A stretch of DNA of 64,000 bases from a virus (Duplodnaviria; Caudoviricetes), in IMG/VR virus record IMGVR_UViG_3300037467_003067, positions 1 through 64,000 of that record, one strand, 5' to 3'. Below are positions 39,374 to 48,898 of the stretch, piece by piece. Position numbers and translations under genes: made by a program. The stretch's first letter is position 1. Every line of letters begins with the position of its first letter. Below the pieces are notes generated by a model. The model was given only the letters and a program-made list of their open reading frames with translations. It made no database searches and was not told where the DNA came from.

Positions 39374-39393
39374 GGCAAGACCATTAAAAACCA

Positions 39394-39431
39394 AACAAAA
39401 AAGGGATAGCACTTGCTATCCCTTTTTTGTT
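39394..39431 (+). terminator. Intrinsic terminator
   Basis: aacaaaaaagggatagc-actt-gctatcccttttttgtt. Confidence 0.85.
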
Positions 39432-39451
39432 GCACAAACTCTTTAACATTT

Positions 39452-40408
39452 ATGAAGCTAGCACCGAAATTAGGCAAGAGGCAGTTCTCCCTGAAAGACT
39501 ACTCCAGGAAACGTAATCAAATCTTGATCAACCGGGAGACCGGTGGGTTGGGCGACATCCTCATGCATCGGATGATGTTCGAGGATATCAAGAAGTCGGG
39601 ATTAGAAATACATTTCGCCTGCCCCAAACAGTATCATGCGGCGGTCCAAGATCATCCCTACCTGGACAAGGTATTAGATTCGGAGACTGTCAGCCCCTAC
39701 GAATACCTTGCTTCGTACAACACGACCACGGCATGTGGGCGGTACGAATCGCGGATCGCCCCATTGTCCGGACTCCACCGCAGTGATATTTGGTCGAAGC
39801 ATTGCGGCTTCGACCTCACCAATCATGAGATGCATATCAATTTGTCCCAAGAAGAGGTTATGTTTGGAAAGAATCTTCTATGCGGATTAAATACTAGGAT
39901 GAAGCCGACGGTCGCGGTCTGCCCGGTCTCGGCTCAGGGCAGCAAGAACCTGGTGGGTGTCCAGGTTTCTGGGGTCATCGATGGCTTGAGGGATATGGGG
40001 TTCATGCCGTTCGGTCTCCATACCAAGCCAGTCCCCGAGATCGACGCCAAAAAATCGCCGATGGTCCATGGGTTGGATATCCGGCAATGGATGGGAGTCA
40101 TGAATGCTGCGGATTATGTAGTCGCCGTAGATACCTCGGCGTTCCATCTGGCTGGTGGATTGAAGAAACCCTTGGTGGGCATTTTCAGCTTCGCGGACGG
40201 AGACGTGTATTCGAAGTATTATCCTAGCGTAGAGCTAATCCAGAAACACCGCAATAGAGATCCTGAATGGACTTGCGGTCCTTGCTATGCGTGGGTGACT
40301 TGCCCGAAGTCGAAATTGCTCCGCAAGCCCTGCATCACGGAGATCACGGCTCAGCAAATCATGGACGGTTTTTCCAGATTGTTGGAAAAATATCCTAAAA
40401 AATACTAA
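39452..40408 (+). CDS. Glycosyltransferase family 9 (heptosyltransferase-like)
   Basis: GGLGDILM, VAVDTSAFHLAGGLKKPLVGIF, C-terminal CGPC...C...C. Confidence 0.85.
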   Translation: MKLAPKLGKRQFSLKDYSRKRNQILINRETGGLGDILMHRMMFEDIKKSGLEIHFACPKQYHAAVQDHPYLDKVLDSETVSPYEYLASYNTTTACGRYESRIAPLSGLHRSDIWSKHCGFDLTNHEMHINLSQEEVMFGKNLLCGLNTRMKPTVAVCPVSAQGSKNLVGVQVSGVIDGLRDMGFMPFGLHTKPVPEIDAKKSPMVHGLDIRQWMGVMNAADYVVAVDTSAFHLAGGLKKPLVGIFSFADGDVYSKYYPSVELIQKHRNRDPEWTCGPCYAWVTCPKSKLLRKPCITEITAQQIMDGFSRLLEKYPKKY

Positions 40409-40428
40409 ATTATTGTAGAGGAATTTAT

Positions 40429-40677
40429 ATGCCAAATGTTGTAAGACCAAGCACTGTCATCATCTCGAATGGCGCGAGCGAAGGACACCTCAAGATCACC
40501 CTTGAACTGAACATCAACTTGAACTCCAACGGGATTCAGGCGAGCGTGACGGCAGCGGAAGCCAAGGAAGACGTGGGACATGACAAGGAATTCGAGTTTG
40601 CGATCCCCGAATTCGAATCCCAGAACAAGGTCGATTTCGGAAAGAGCGTAGACAATGATAGATCAGTCGATGGTTGA
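40429..40677 (+). CDS. Hypothetical protein upstream of the actin
   Basis: GAGGA RBS; 82 aa. Confidence 0.7.
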   Translation: MPNVVRPSTVIISNGASEGHLKITLELNINLNSNGIQASVTAAEAKEDVGHDKEFEFAIPEFESQNKVDFGKSVDNDRSVDG

Positions 40678-40888
40678 TGCTTGGAAGGGCATTTATCAAG
40701 GTGCCGTTTCATCTGCACAGAAGTGGAAGAATATCCCGGCAAGCGATGCCCGGCTTCGCGCCATGGCTCGGTTGTATGTTCGCGAGGAAGTGCCGCACTA
40801 TCGGCACGAATTGAATCTGAGTCTGCAATTCCTGAGTGACAACGAATTGGGACGATTTCAGAAGTTTTTCAAGAATGAAAGTGAGTGA
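40655..40888 (+). CDS. Hypothetical protein (start may be 40670)
   Basis: Fills the operon gap, overlapping both neighbours. Confidence 0.55.
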   Translation: MIDQSMVDAWKGIYQGAVSSAQKWKNIPASDARLRAMARLYVREEVPHYRHELNLSLQFLSDNELGRFQKFFKNESE

Positions 40889-40893
40889 GGATT

Positions 40894-41904
40894 ATGAAGA
40901 GAATTGGTTATGACTGCGGGACGTATAATCTTGTTTGCTGCCATCGGGACGACAAGAACAATTTCGTCCACAAGCGAGAGGTCAATGCGTTCCTGGAGAT
41001 GCCGCTTGAGAATCGCTTCGTGTTCAACATGATGAAGAACGCTGGCGTCCCTTTGATCGAGCGAGACGACGTAGCGTATGCCTTGGGTGAGTCGGCGGTC
41101 GAGATGGCGTACACTATGTCACACATCGAACTCAAGCGACCTATGTGTGATGGATGCGTGAATCCCAAGGAAAAAGATGCATTTCAGATCATGAGCATCA
41201 TGATGCACAGCCTTCTTGGTGATATTAAAGCAGACAAGACCCCGCTGTACTACAGCGTTCCCGCGAACGCGATTAACCAGGAGACCGATGCAGATTATCA
41301 CGGCAAGATACTCCAATCGATCTTCAATGCTTACCGGTCGAAAGATGGCTATACCGTGGATGCTCATCCGATCAACGAAGCCTTGGCGATTGTCTATGCT
41401 GAAGCAGCTCAGAAGGCATTTACCGCCATTGCCATTTCGGCGGGAGGGGGAATGGTAAACGTTTGTTTTAGCATTTTCGGATCTCCGGTCTTCACTTTTG
41501 CGATCGTCAACAGCGGCGACTGGATCGACAGGATGGCTGCCAAGGCAACCGGAGAATCAATTGCTTATATAAACAGAGAGAAGACCAAAATCGACTTGTC
41601 GAAAGCTCCAACCAACCTAGTCGAGCGTGCGATCCAAACACAGTATCAATTGATGATTGAAAAGACGGTCCAGGGCATCAAGAAGGGCATCATCGATGCG
41701 GGCAACAAGGCACGTACCGACAAGCCGATCGATGTTATCGTGGCAGGCGGTACTGCTTCGCCTACTGGTTTTGACGTGATGTTCTCCGAAGTCCTGCATC
41801 AGGCTGAACTTCCGATCAAGATTGGTAATGTAATCCGTCCAGCCGATCCGCTTTACAGTGTGTGTCGCGGATGTTTGATTGCGGCTGAGAATGCCAGTCA
41901 TTGA
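40894..41904 (+). CDS. Actin-superfamily ATPase, volactin/MamK-like
   Basis: Phosphate-1 GYDCGTYN, connect-1 INEALAIVY, phosphate-2 ISAGGGMVN, adenosine VAGGTA, connect-2 YSVCRG. Confidence 0.88.
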   Translation: MKRIGYDCGTYNLVCCHRDDKNNFVHKREVNAFLEMPLENRFVFNMMKNAGVPLIERDDVAYALGESAVEMAYTMSHIELKRPMCDGCVNPKEKDAFQIMSIMMHSLLGDIKADKTPLYYSVPANAINQETDADYHGKILQSIFNAYRSKDGYTVDAHPINEALAIVYAEAAQKAFTAIAISAGGGMVNVCFSIFGSPVFTFAIVNSGDWIDRMAAKATGESIAYINREKTKIDLSKAPTNLVERAIQTQYQLMIEKTVQGIKKGIIDAGNKARTDKPIDVIVAGGTASPTGFDVMFSEVLHQAELPIKIGNVIRPADPLYSVCRGCLIAAENASH

Positions 41905-41922
41905 AGAATTAGGTTTGTACAT

Positions 41923-41961
41923 AAGTCGAGGATACTCTTTGCTAGGATGTCTTCGACTTTT
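41923..41961 (+). terminator. Probable terminator after the actin gene
   Basis: aagtcgaggata / tgtcttcgactt imperfect stem with T tail. Confidence 0.55.
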
Positions 41962-41994
41962 AAATGATATGATAAACGAAAGGAAAGAAAGTCA

Positions 41995-42207
41995 ATGAAT
42001 CATTACGTAAACGACCTTGGAGTAGCGGCATTTGTTATGATGCACGGGTTCAAGATCATCCGCAAGACCGGTAATACCCTTTACTTCGACGTGGCTCCGG
42101 GTGACGTGGAAGAATTCGAGAGACTCCAGATGGAATATCTCAACAGCGACTTCCACCGCTTCGACTCGTTCCTGATGGCTATTAAGAAAATGAACAGCCG
42201 AGGCTAA
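41995..42207 (+). CDS. Small DUF5659-like protein
   Basis: DLGVAAFVMMHGF...LYF.V pattern. Confidence 0.6.
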   Translation: MNHYVNDLGVAAFVMMHGFKIIRKTGNTLYFDVAPGDVEEFERLQMEYLNSDFHRFDSFLMAIKKMNSRG

Positions 42208-42215
42208 ATAAAACC

Positions 42216-43955
42216 ATGATTAGTTTTAAGGAATATAGGCTGAATGAGGCGGGCGGCGTTCCCTCCATGAAGCCAAGAAACGCGACATCTCAGGATGGTC
42301 TTGCGGCGCTGGAGGCTGAGGTTCTCGGCATCGTCGATACCTCGATCACCACGCTTCAGAAGTCTTTGAGGCAACGTGGTGGTGAGATGAATCCCTTCGA
42401 CGTGATGAGGCAAAATTTGCCTTGGTATCGCCGCTTGGGCAATTGGTGGAATCGTTTCTGGAACAACGACACTTCCAATGAATCACAGGAATATGGTCTT
42501 GAATTCCCGGATTTCATCCCTTTACACGAGCAGGAAGCCTTTCATGAACTTGAACTGATCATGGAAGGTCCCATCAATCATGCGATCGATCAAATGATGT
42601 ATCGCCTCCAAAGTCTCCGCGAGGAGCTTCACAAGGCAATCAAGCAGAGTTTCGCTACATACCGCCAGAGTCAGAGCCAACCGGGCGGCACTCAAGCGAC
42701 ATTACAACCGGCGACCACTTCAGACTTGCCTGCTAAATCCAATAAGGTAATGGATGCCAAGACCCAGACCTTCGATCCCGAAGACACAGATGATTCGGGC
42801 AGCACAAGCCCACTCCCCGACCCTGCGGATAGTGGTCCCGATGCTACAACGCCGGATGTTGGTTCTCCTCCGGAGACTCCCGAGTCGCCCGATGCGACTC
42901 CACCAGGGACTCCACCATCACGCCTGAGAGATGATATCCACATCGAAAATGTGGCAGCATTGACAGGTAGAGGGGACTATGGTTTGGCATCGAAGGTTGC
43001 GTTTGGTGGAAAAATCTATAAAGTCGCGAGTGCCAAATACAACAAGGCTGGAGAATTGGTCTCAGTTGAGGTCAAGGGAATCAAGGGCGAGATACCTGTT
43101 CCTGAGGAACTAGGCAAGAAGGTGGCGATTCGCTACGGCAGGCGAGAAGGCACGATCGAAGATATTCGGAAAAGCATCATCAACGGAGACCCTCCGATTT
43201 CTGATGAGCCATCGGGAACTTCGTCGGAACCAACGCCGACCCCAACCCCTCCAACACCACCGCCTGTTGACAGGAAACCCCCGGAAGAACCCCCGGTCGA
43301 CGATGAAATTGATACCAGTCCTATCGAAGACCCGGAAAGCGCCGAAGAAGGGGAGCATGACGTGTCTTGGTTGCCAGACAAGGACCAAAGGCTCTATGAC
43401 AAGGCGATGGCGGCGCGTGCCGAACGTGAAGCGATGGGCAAATTAACCCCTGCAGATCGATTCGAGCAATCGCTCAAGAATAATCCTGATTATTTGAATC
43501 CGACATTGCTGAAGATCATCGATTCGTCGCCAACGCCGGAATATCGACATTCCATTGTATCTTTCTTGGCTGGGATGTCGAAAGGGACTAGGATCTCGTT
43601 ATTCCCTCGTAATAATCACGGCTTCATGGATACCGATGTCGATCTGGGCAAGCTGGATTGGATTGCTGAGTTGAGTCCCGAGAAGGCTTACGAGGTCGGA
43701 GAAAAAATCGAAGACATGGACGAAGACAATCCGGGTTTCGACCTCAAGAAAGAGCTCGAACCTTACTTTGCCAATAAAGAAACATTCGATGCTTGGGTTA
43801 ACTCGCCAAACGAAAGTACGCATTCAAGAACTAAGATATTTGTGGAGAACTTGAAGAACAAACCTCCGAAGACCGACAAGGAAAATAAAGAGATACCGTT
43901 CGACAAACAAGTAACTCGTTATAAGAAAAAACTTAGGTCACGTGCTAAATCGTAA
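42216..43955 (+). CDS. Large Pro/acidic low-complexity protein, candidate internal head protein
   Basis: Starts MISFKEYRLNE; CTAAATAA immediately upstream. Confidence 0.75.
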   Translation: MISFKEYRLNEAGGVPSMKPRNATSQDGLAALEAEVLGIVDTSITTLQKSLRQRGGEMNPFDVMRQNLPWYRRLGNWWNRFWNNDTSNESQEYGLEFPDFIPLHEQEAFHELELIMEGPINHAIDQMMYRLQSLREELHKAIKQSFATYRQSQSQPGGTQATLQPATTSDLPAKSNKVMDAKTQTFDPEDTDDSGSTSPLPDPADSGPDATTPDVGSPPETPESPDATPPGTPPSRLRDDIHIENVAALTGRGDYGLASKVAFGGKIYKVASAKYNKAGELVSVEVKGIKGEIPVPEELGKKVAIRYGRREGTIEDIRKSIINGDPPISDEPSGTSSEPTPTPTPPTPPPVDRKPPEEPPVDDEIDTSPIEDPESAEEGEHDVSWLPDKDQRLYDKAMAARAEREAMGKLTPADRFEQSLKNNPDYLNPTLLKIIDSSPTPEYRHSIVSFLAGMSKGTRISLFPRNNHGFMDTDVDLGKLDWIAELSPEKAYEVGEKIEDMDEDNPGFDLKKELEPYFANKETFDAWVNSPNESTHSRTKIFVENLKNKPPKTDKENKEIPFDKQVTRYKKKLRSRAKS

Positions 43956-43957
43956 CT

Positions 43958-44001
43958 AAACAAAAGGCTTCTCAGGAATGATTCTGAGAAGCCTTTTGTT
44001 T
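43958..44001. terminator. Bidirectional terminator
   Basis: aaacaaaaggcttctcag / ctgagaagccttttgttt. Confidence 0.88.
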
Positions 44002-44006
44002 TGTAC

Positions 44007-44966
44007 TTACTGGCTCAGCAATTCGGTTGCAAGTTTGTCGAGTTCCTCGCCTGCACTACCCTCGATCAACGTGTAGTCGGCGACTTTGACTGGTTTAAGG
44101 TCGATGATGTATTTGTTTTTCACCTGGGAAAAGAAAGGAAGCAGCCAGGCAGCGGGGTAGACCTGTGCCGAGGTACCGCAGCAGATGAATACGCCGTTGC
44201 GATACTTGACTTCCTTGACCAATTTGGCTACTCGGTCGTAAGTTAGATCCACAGCTTCGCCGAACCAGACTACCTCGGGACGCAAGTGACGTTGACATTT
44301 GGGGCATCTCTCGCCTTCAACAACGGGCTTGTCAGTTTCGGTCTTGTAGTCGCAGGTGAAGATGGTGTCGCCATCGAGGTTGCTGATCTCATGATGTCGT
44401 TCGCATTTTTTGCGATTGATGAATCCATGGAGATGCCAGACGTCCTTGCATCCGGCGCGTTCCAAGAGGTCGTCGATGTTCTGCGTGATGTTGACCACGT
44501 TGAACTTCTCCTGGAGTCGGGCAATTGCCTTGTGAGCTAGATTCGGCTCAGCCGCCTTGATTGCCTCGAATCGCTGCGCGTAGAAATCCAGGACCAACGA
44601 ACGGTTCTTGATCCAGCCGTCCTGGCTTGCGACATCTTCCACGCGATGTTGCTCCCATAGAGAATCATTGCCTCTAAATGTGGGGATACCGCTTTCAGCC
44701 GAAAGCCCGGCACCGCTGAAGACCACGATGGTCCTCTTGTCAGCCGGTTCGGTCGGCAAGTTTTCTTGTTCCAGCACTTCATCAAACACTTGATTCTCCT
44801 TCTTTGATTCCAGAGTAGCTGCCGGTTCGGTCAAGCTCTGGTAGCCACAATGGGGGCAATGATAGGGATTGGACGGATCGCCGTCGCCGATGGTCCACCA
44901 ACCTCGACAGTTGCCGCATCCCAAATGTAACAAGTTTTCGATCGAGTAGCAATGCTTATTCTTCAT
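44007..44966 (-). CDS. cobB: Sir2/CobB NAD-dependent deacylase with N-terminal Zn ribbon
   Basis: GAGLSAESGIPTFRG, TQNID, HLHG, LRPEVVWFGE, GTSAQVYPAA; YxxR pocket. Confidence 0.9.
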   Translation of the reverse strand: MKNKHCYSIENLLHLGCGNCRGWWTIGDGDPSNPYHCPHCGYQSLTEPAATLESKKENQVFDEVLEQENLPTEPADKRTIVVFSGAGLSAESGIPTFRGNDSLWEQHRVEDVASQDGWIKNRSLVLDFYAQRFEAIKAAEPNLAHKAIARLQEKFNVVNITQNIDDLLERAGCKDVWHLHGFINRKKCERHHEISNLDGDTIFTCDYKTETDKPVVEGERCPKCQRHLRPEVVWFGEAVDLTYDRVAKLVKEVKYRNGVFICCGTSAQVYPAAWLLPFFSQVKNKYIIDLKPVKVADYTLIEGSAGEELDKLATELLSQ

Positions 44967-45520
44967 TAATTTTCCATTGCTTTCTCGTTAAGGATTTGGT
45001 CCCATTTCCTGGTATCTCTCCAATGAGACAATGTATTTGTGCTAATCGATGTTCCGTACAACTTGTTGGCAGATTCTAAGAAGTTGAGCAAAAGTTCTGC
45101 TTCAACTTTTAACCCGAGCAATCGCAAACTTTCTAGGACACGAGTAATGCGCAGGTGATTGTGATTGAACTCAGACCAAATATACCTCTTTTTGTCGAAG
45201 TTTGGGGATGGAATAAGATGATCGCAAACAGCAGATTCGGAGCTTTCGCATTGTAATCCGAGGAAGACTAAAAATCTATAAAAAGAACAACTTAAGTTGT
45301 TCTTTAATTCAGAATCAGACCGGAACAATATCATGTCTTCTTCATCGGGTTCCGGAGCATCTTCATTAAACATGCTTTTGGTTAAGGTAGGAAACCACCA
45401 CTGAATATAGTCATGGCATACTTCGAGTTTCTCATCTGACCAGCCCCACATTTCTACTAGCATCCTACCTTCAGAATCAGGATCAATGTCTCTATAAAAA
45501 TCAATTAATCTCTGGTTCAT
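44966..45520 (-). CDS. Opioid growth factor receptor (OGFr_N)-like protein
   Basis: LEVCHDYIQWWFP, NHNHLRITRVLESL. Confidence 0.85.
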   Translation of the reverse strand: MNQRLIDFYRDIDPDSEGRMLVEMWGWSDEKLEVCHDYIQWWFPTLTKSMFNEDAPEPDEEDMILFRSDSELKNNLSCSFYRFLVFLGLQCESSESAVCDHLIPSPNFDKKRYIWSEFNHNHLRITRVLESLRLLGLKVEAELLLNFLESANKLYGTSISTNTLSHWRDTRKWDQILNEKAMEN

Positions 45521-46001
45521 TGATTACCTTTATTTTTATTGGAAACTCTACAACACTGTATTCACTTAGGATTCCATCATTGAAAATATCACGTCGTTCA
45601 ATAGCTTCGGCTAGGGTAAATCGCGTGGCTTCATCGAAGTCTTTGACCCATTTGCCTCTATCTTTATTCGCGAAATAGCGAATATCATCACCACGTTGGT
45701 ATGCGACGACATAGATTTGAAAATATTGTTGGTCTTTTTCAAAATAATGTCCATTATAAGGACCAACATCTTTAACGAATTTCTCCACTTCCCTCCGAAG
45801 ATCGTTTACAATGTTTACAACGAGATCACTTTCATGTCTGCGAATTTCTGATTTTGTCCAAGATCGCCCATCATGTTGTTCTGTCGAGTCCACAGACAAA
45901 TAAACTGAGAGACTTTTCCTTGGGCAAAATGTGTCTGGGTTGAGACAATCAGGAAGAGGCTTTGTTCTTATTCTGAATTTACTTCGGATTATATCGTTCA
46001 T
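45501..46001 (-). CDS. Hypothetical protein
   Basis: 166-aa AT-rich ORF within the operon. Confidence 0.65.
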   Translation of the reverse strand: MNDIIRSKFRIRTKPLPDCLNPDTFCPRKSLSVYLSVDSTEQHDGRSWTKSEIRRHESDLVVNIVNDLRREVEKFVKDVGPYNGHYFEKDQQYFQIYVVAYQRGDDIRYFANKDRGKWVKDFDEATRFTLAEAIERRDIFNDGILSEYSVVEFPIKIKVINEPEIN

Positions 46002-46441
46002 TTCTTAAACTTCTCCTTAGCCGCCCTGGCATGGGCTGTAATCGACGCGATGTCCACGAATGGGCTATCGTTCACTTTGGTCACGGGCTTGCGTTCTGGA
46101 GCATTCTGAGCAACTTTCTCGGGAGGGTAGATGTTGGGATTGTGCTTGAACAACTCCCGCTTCATCTCTTCATACTCCTTGGAAGATTGCTCATACTCCT
46201 GCTTGTCCGCAACGACGCTCTCCTCGGCGATGGCAACGATCGCGGGCGTCATGATGAAGGTCTTCTTGTGATTGATGACGTTGGTCAAGCAGATGCCGCA
46301 CTCGTTCACCGAGTTGACAATGCCGACAAAGTAATCCAAGTTTTGCTCTGGTTTCAAATTCCAATTAATTTGCCTCGTGTGGATGGTACATACCTTCCCC
46401 ACGAAGTAATCAAACGATTCGATGGGATCATGTGGGTTCAT
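45998..46441 (-). CDS. Hypothetical protein (possible Sm-like beta fold)
   Basis: FVGKVCTI...FVGIV..V...GICL...IVAIAE. Confidence 0.65.
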   Translation of the reverse strand: MNPHDPIESFDYFVGKVCTIHTRQINWNLKPEQNLDYFVGIVNSVNECGICLTNVINHKKTFIMTPAIVAIAEESVVADKQEYEQSSKEYEEMKRELFKHNPNIYPPEKVAQNAPERKPVTKVNDSPFVDIASITAHARAAKEKFKK

Positions 46442-46459
46442 CTCATAATCGAGTAATTA

Positions 46460-47494
46460 TTAAACATTTTCCGCGAATAATTGCTCAGCCGTGATGAGGT
46501 CAAATGGTTTCAGATGGCTTTCGACATACCTGCCAACCAAGATGCCGAATTGGATGTAGAGGTCATTCCAGTCCTTGTATCCCTTGGGGGGACGGACGAA
46601 CTTGACGTTCTTGAACCCCTCTTCCAGCATCTTGGTCCCAGCGCGGAACACGGCACCGGCACCCGGTTTGTCGATGTCGCCGCACAAACAAATGTTATAC
46701 TGTCTGAGAATCTTTTGCTGGACGGTCGTCAGATTGCTTCCGCCGACCGAGCAACTATTCAGACCGCACAGGTTCAGGACCATCGCGTCGAATTCGCCTT
46801 CGGTGACATGAAGTATGCTTCCTGGCTCGACCCACTTGGGCATGAAGAGGACATCGCCCTTGCCGATGCCGATCTCCTTGTCGGGACCACGATACTTGGC
46901 AGGCTTGGACGAATCGCCGAAGTAACGACCGTTGTAATAGACCAATTCACCGTCCTTGTCATAATAGGGAATGACGATCCGTTCCCGGAATTCGTTCTTC
47001 GTCCCGACGTACAAACCTTCCAGAGGAATACCTCGACCCAGCAGGTATTTCTCGGCATTCTTCCTCAGGTAATTCCAGGAAGGCAGACTCTCGATCGGCA
47101 CGACACCTTCGGGAAAGGTCAATGCTTTCTTCGTCTGTGGAACTTCAGTGACCAATAGGGTTTCGGTTTTTTTGGCTGCGAAAAACGCTTCCAGTTCTTT
47201 GTCGTAATCGGGGTCGTGAACGTCGAGGATGTCGCAGGCTTCGTCATAGGAACAGTTCTCGACATCCATGACCAACCTGATCAGAGTTCCCTTGGTCCCG
47301 CTAATCCAGCACTGGAAGCAGCCGTGTTCTCGTTCGCCCTTCTTGGTCATGCCATCGGGACGGCACCAGAGCTTGTGCTTAGTGTCGTTCTTGTCGGGGT
47401 CGTAGGGCGAGTTCAACTTGATCTCGTCGCCGTGGGTCTTGATACTGTCGAATTTCTTGTCAGCCCAATTATAAAAAACATCGTAGTCAATCAT
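46460..47494 (-). CDS. DNA primase (T4 gp61/DnaG-like)
   Basis: RIVIPY, YYNGR, KY, TOPRIM VTEGEFDA, DID, KDWND. Confidence 0.9.
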   Translation of the reverse strand: MIDYDVFYNWADKKFDSIKTHGDEIKLNSPYDPDKNDTKHKLWCRPDGMTKKGEREHGCFQCWISGTKGTLIRLVMDVENCSYDEACDILDVHDPDYDKELEAFFAAKKTETLLVTEVPQTKKALTFPEGVVPIESLPSWNYLRKNAEKYLLGRGIPLEGLYVGTKNEFRERIVIPYYDKDGELVYYNGRYFGDSSKPAKYRGPDKEIGIGKGDVLFMPKWVEPGSILHVTEGEFDAMVLNLCGLNSCSVGGSNLTTVQQKILRQYNICLCGDIDKPGAGAVFRAGTKMLEEGFKNVKFVRPPKGYKDWNDLYIQFGILVGRYVESHLKPFDLITAEQLFAENV

Positions 47495-47533
47495 TGTTTT
47501 CTTATTTTCCAGTGGTTTTGAGGGATGTGATTC

Positions 47534-47567
47534 TTGACATTCTCTCATATTAGTGGTAAGATGTCAA
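47534..47567. promoter_or_regulatory. Overlapping divergent sigma70 promoters
   Basis: Plus strand TTGACA-17-TAAGAT; minus strand TTGACA-17-GAGAAT. Confidence 0.65.
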
Positions 47568-47613
47568 TCTAACAATATTTAAGGTTTTTTAAATAAAAAG
47601 GCAAATAGAAACG

Positions 47614-48381
47614 GTGGATATACAACATATCAGTGTATCGAGACACTCGCTGTTCCATGAATGTGCGGAGAAATACAGGTTCCAGTATCACTTAAAGACG
47701 CCTTCGCCCGAGCCGGAACCGATCTATTTCGCGTATGGCAAGATGGTCCACAAGATCGGGGAATTGTACGTCGAAGGCAAGGACCCGTCCAGGTTCAACG
47801 AGATCGTCAACGACGTGATGAACGGGAAGATCGAGATAGAGGAGGGCAAGACCGCTCCCAAGCTCGACGAGGAATACTCCCAGAAGCTTGGCGAGCATCT
47901 CAAGAACCTCAGGGAGTTCACCTTAAAGATCGGCATGGATTATCCCGGTCATACTGAATATCAATTTAAATATGATCTGATGCCTCCCAATGAATACTAC
48001 GTGACGGGTTTCATCGACCGGATCGTCATCAAGGACGGCAAGTATTTCATTTTAGACTATAAAACCACGAAGAAGGGTCCTTGGCGCAAGAACAAGAACA
48101 CAGTCCTCAAAGACCTTCAGTTGCGGCTTTACGCCAACGTCGTCCACAAGGAATTCGGAGTAGACCCCGAAAATATCCACTGCTGTCTCTATTATCTTGA
48201 TGGCGGCAATCTGGTCGGAGCGACCTACAACAAGCAGTCGATGGAGGAAGCCGAGAAGGAGTTGCTCGACACCTATATCCAGATACACAACCTCGACCCA
48301 GCCAAGGTGAAGGGGACTGTGGGATCACACTGTAATCGTTGCCCGTTCAGAAACCTGTGTATGTGGAATGCTCTTTCTTGA
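47614..48381 (+). CDS. Cas4/RecB-like PD-(D/E)XK exonuclease with Fe-S cysteines
   Basis: EC..KY, GFIDRI, LDYKT, QLRLY, CNRCPFRNLC. Confidence 0.88.
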   Translation: MDIQHISVSRHSLFHECAEKYRFQYHLKTPSPEPEPIYFAYGKMVHKIGELYVEGKDPSRFNEIVNDVMNGKIEIEEGKTAPKLDEEYSQKLGEHLKNLREFTLKIGMDYPGHTEYQFKYDLMPPNEYYVTGFIDRIVIKDGKYFILDYKTTKKGPWRKNKNTVLKDLQLRLYANVVHKEFGVDPENIHCCLYYLDGGNLVGATYNKQSMEEAEKELLDTYIQIHNLDPAKVKGTVGSHCNRCPFRNLCMWNALS

Positions 48382-48388
48382 GGATAAT

Positions 48389-48898
48389 ATGGACTCTAGT
48401 AAAACACTGTTGACGTTGGCGATTTCACATAATATCTACTTGACCCGAGAGGAACGCAATCGACTTGCCAATGGCGACTCGATATCGGTCACGGGGGTAT
48501 CGATGCCGGTGTGGTACGGCAAGGGGAAGACGACCGAGCCGGGCAAGGAAGTCTTTTGTCACTATACCCTGCACAATTCGCCCAACGCGAAATCGGAAAT
48601 CTATTTCAAGACCGATGGCTATGAATTCAATTTGCCGCAGTTGCCACGGAATTTCGAGATGCCTCAGGAGATCGACGATAAGGATTGGGCGAATCTGGAA
48701 CCGGAAGAGCGTGAGGCGATCGGAGAAGAGCGATACGTCCCGGTCAATGGCAAGTACCTGCTGGACGTGAAGGATGGAGGGTCGGAGCGACTGTGCTTCG
48801 ACCAGGTGGCTTACGCAAAGATGCGTGGCATCCCTACGACCGTGTTTCACACGATTCTCATCGCTGATATGAAAATGTTGGAAAATTCTCTTTGTTAA
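48389..48898 (+). CDS. Hypothetical protein
   Basis: GAGGA RBS before ATG 48389. Confidence 0.7.
   Translation: MDSSKTLLTLAISHNIYLTREERNRLANGDSISVTGVSMPVWYGKGKTTEPGKEVFCHYTLHNSPNAKSEIYFKTDGYEFNLPQLPRNFEMPQEIDDKDWANLEPEEREAIGEERYVPVNGKYLLDVKDGGSERLCFDQVAYAKMRGIPTTVFHTILIADMKMLENSLC

Noticed and set aside
47614-48381. Cas4-like gene as evidence of a CRISPR-Cas system
   Set aside because: No repeat-spacer array or other cas genes; stand-alone Cas4-like nucleases beside primase are common in phages
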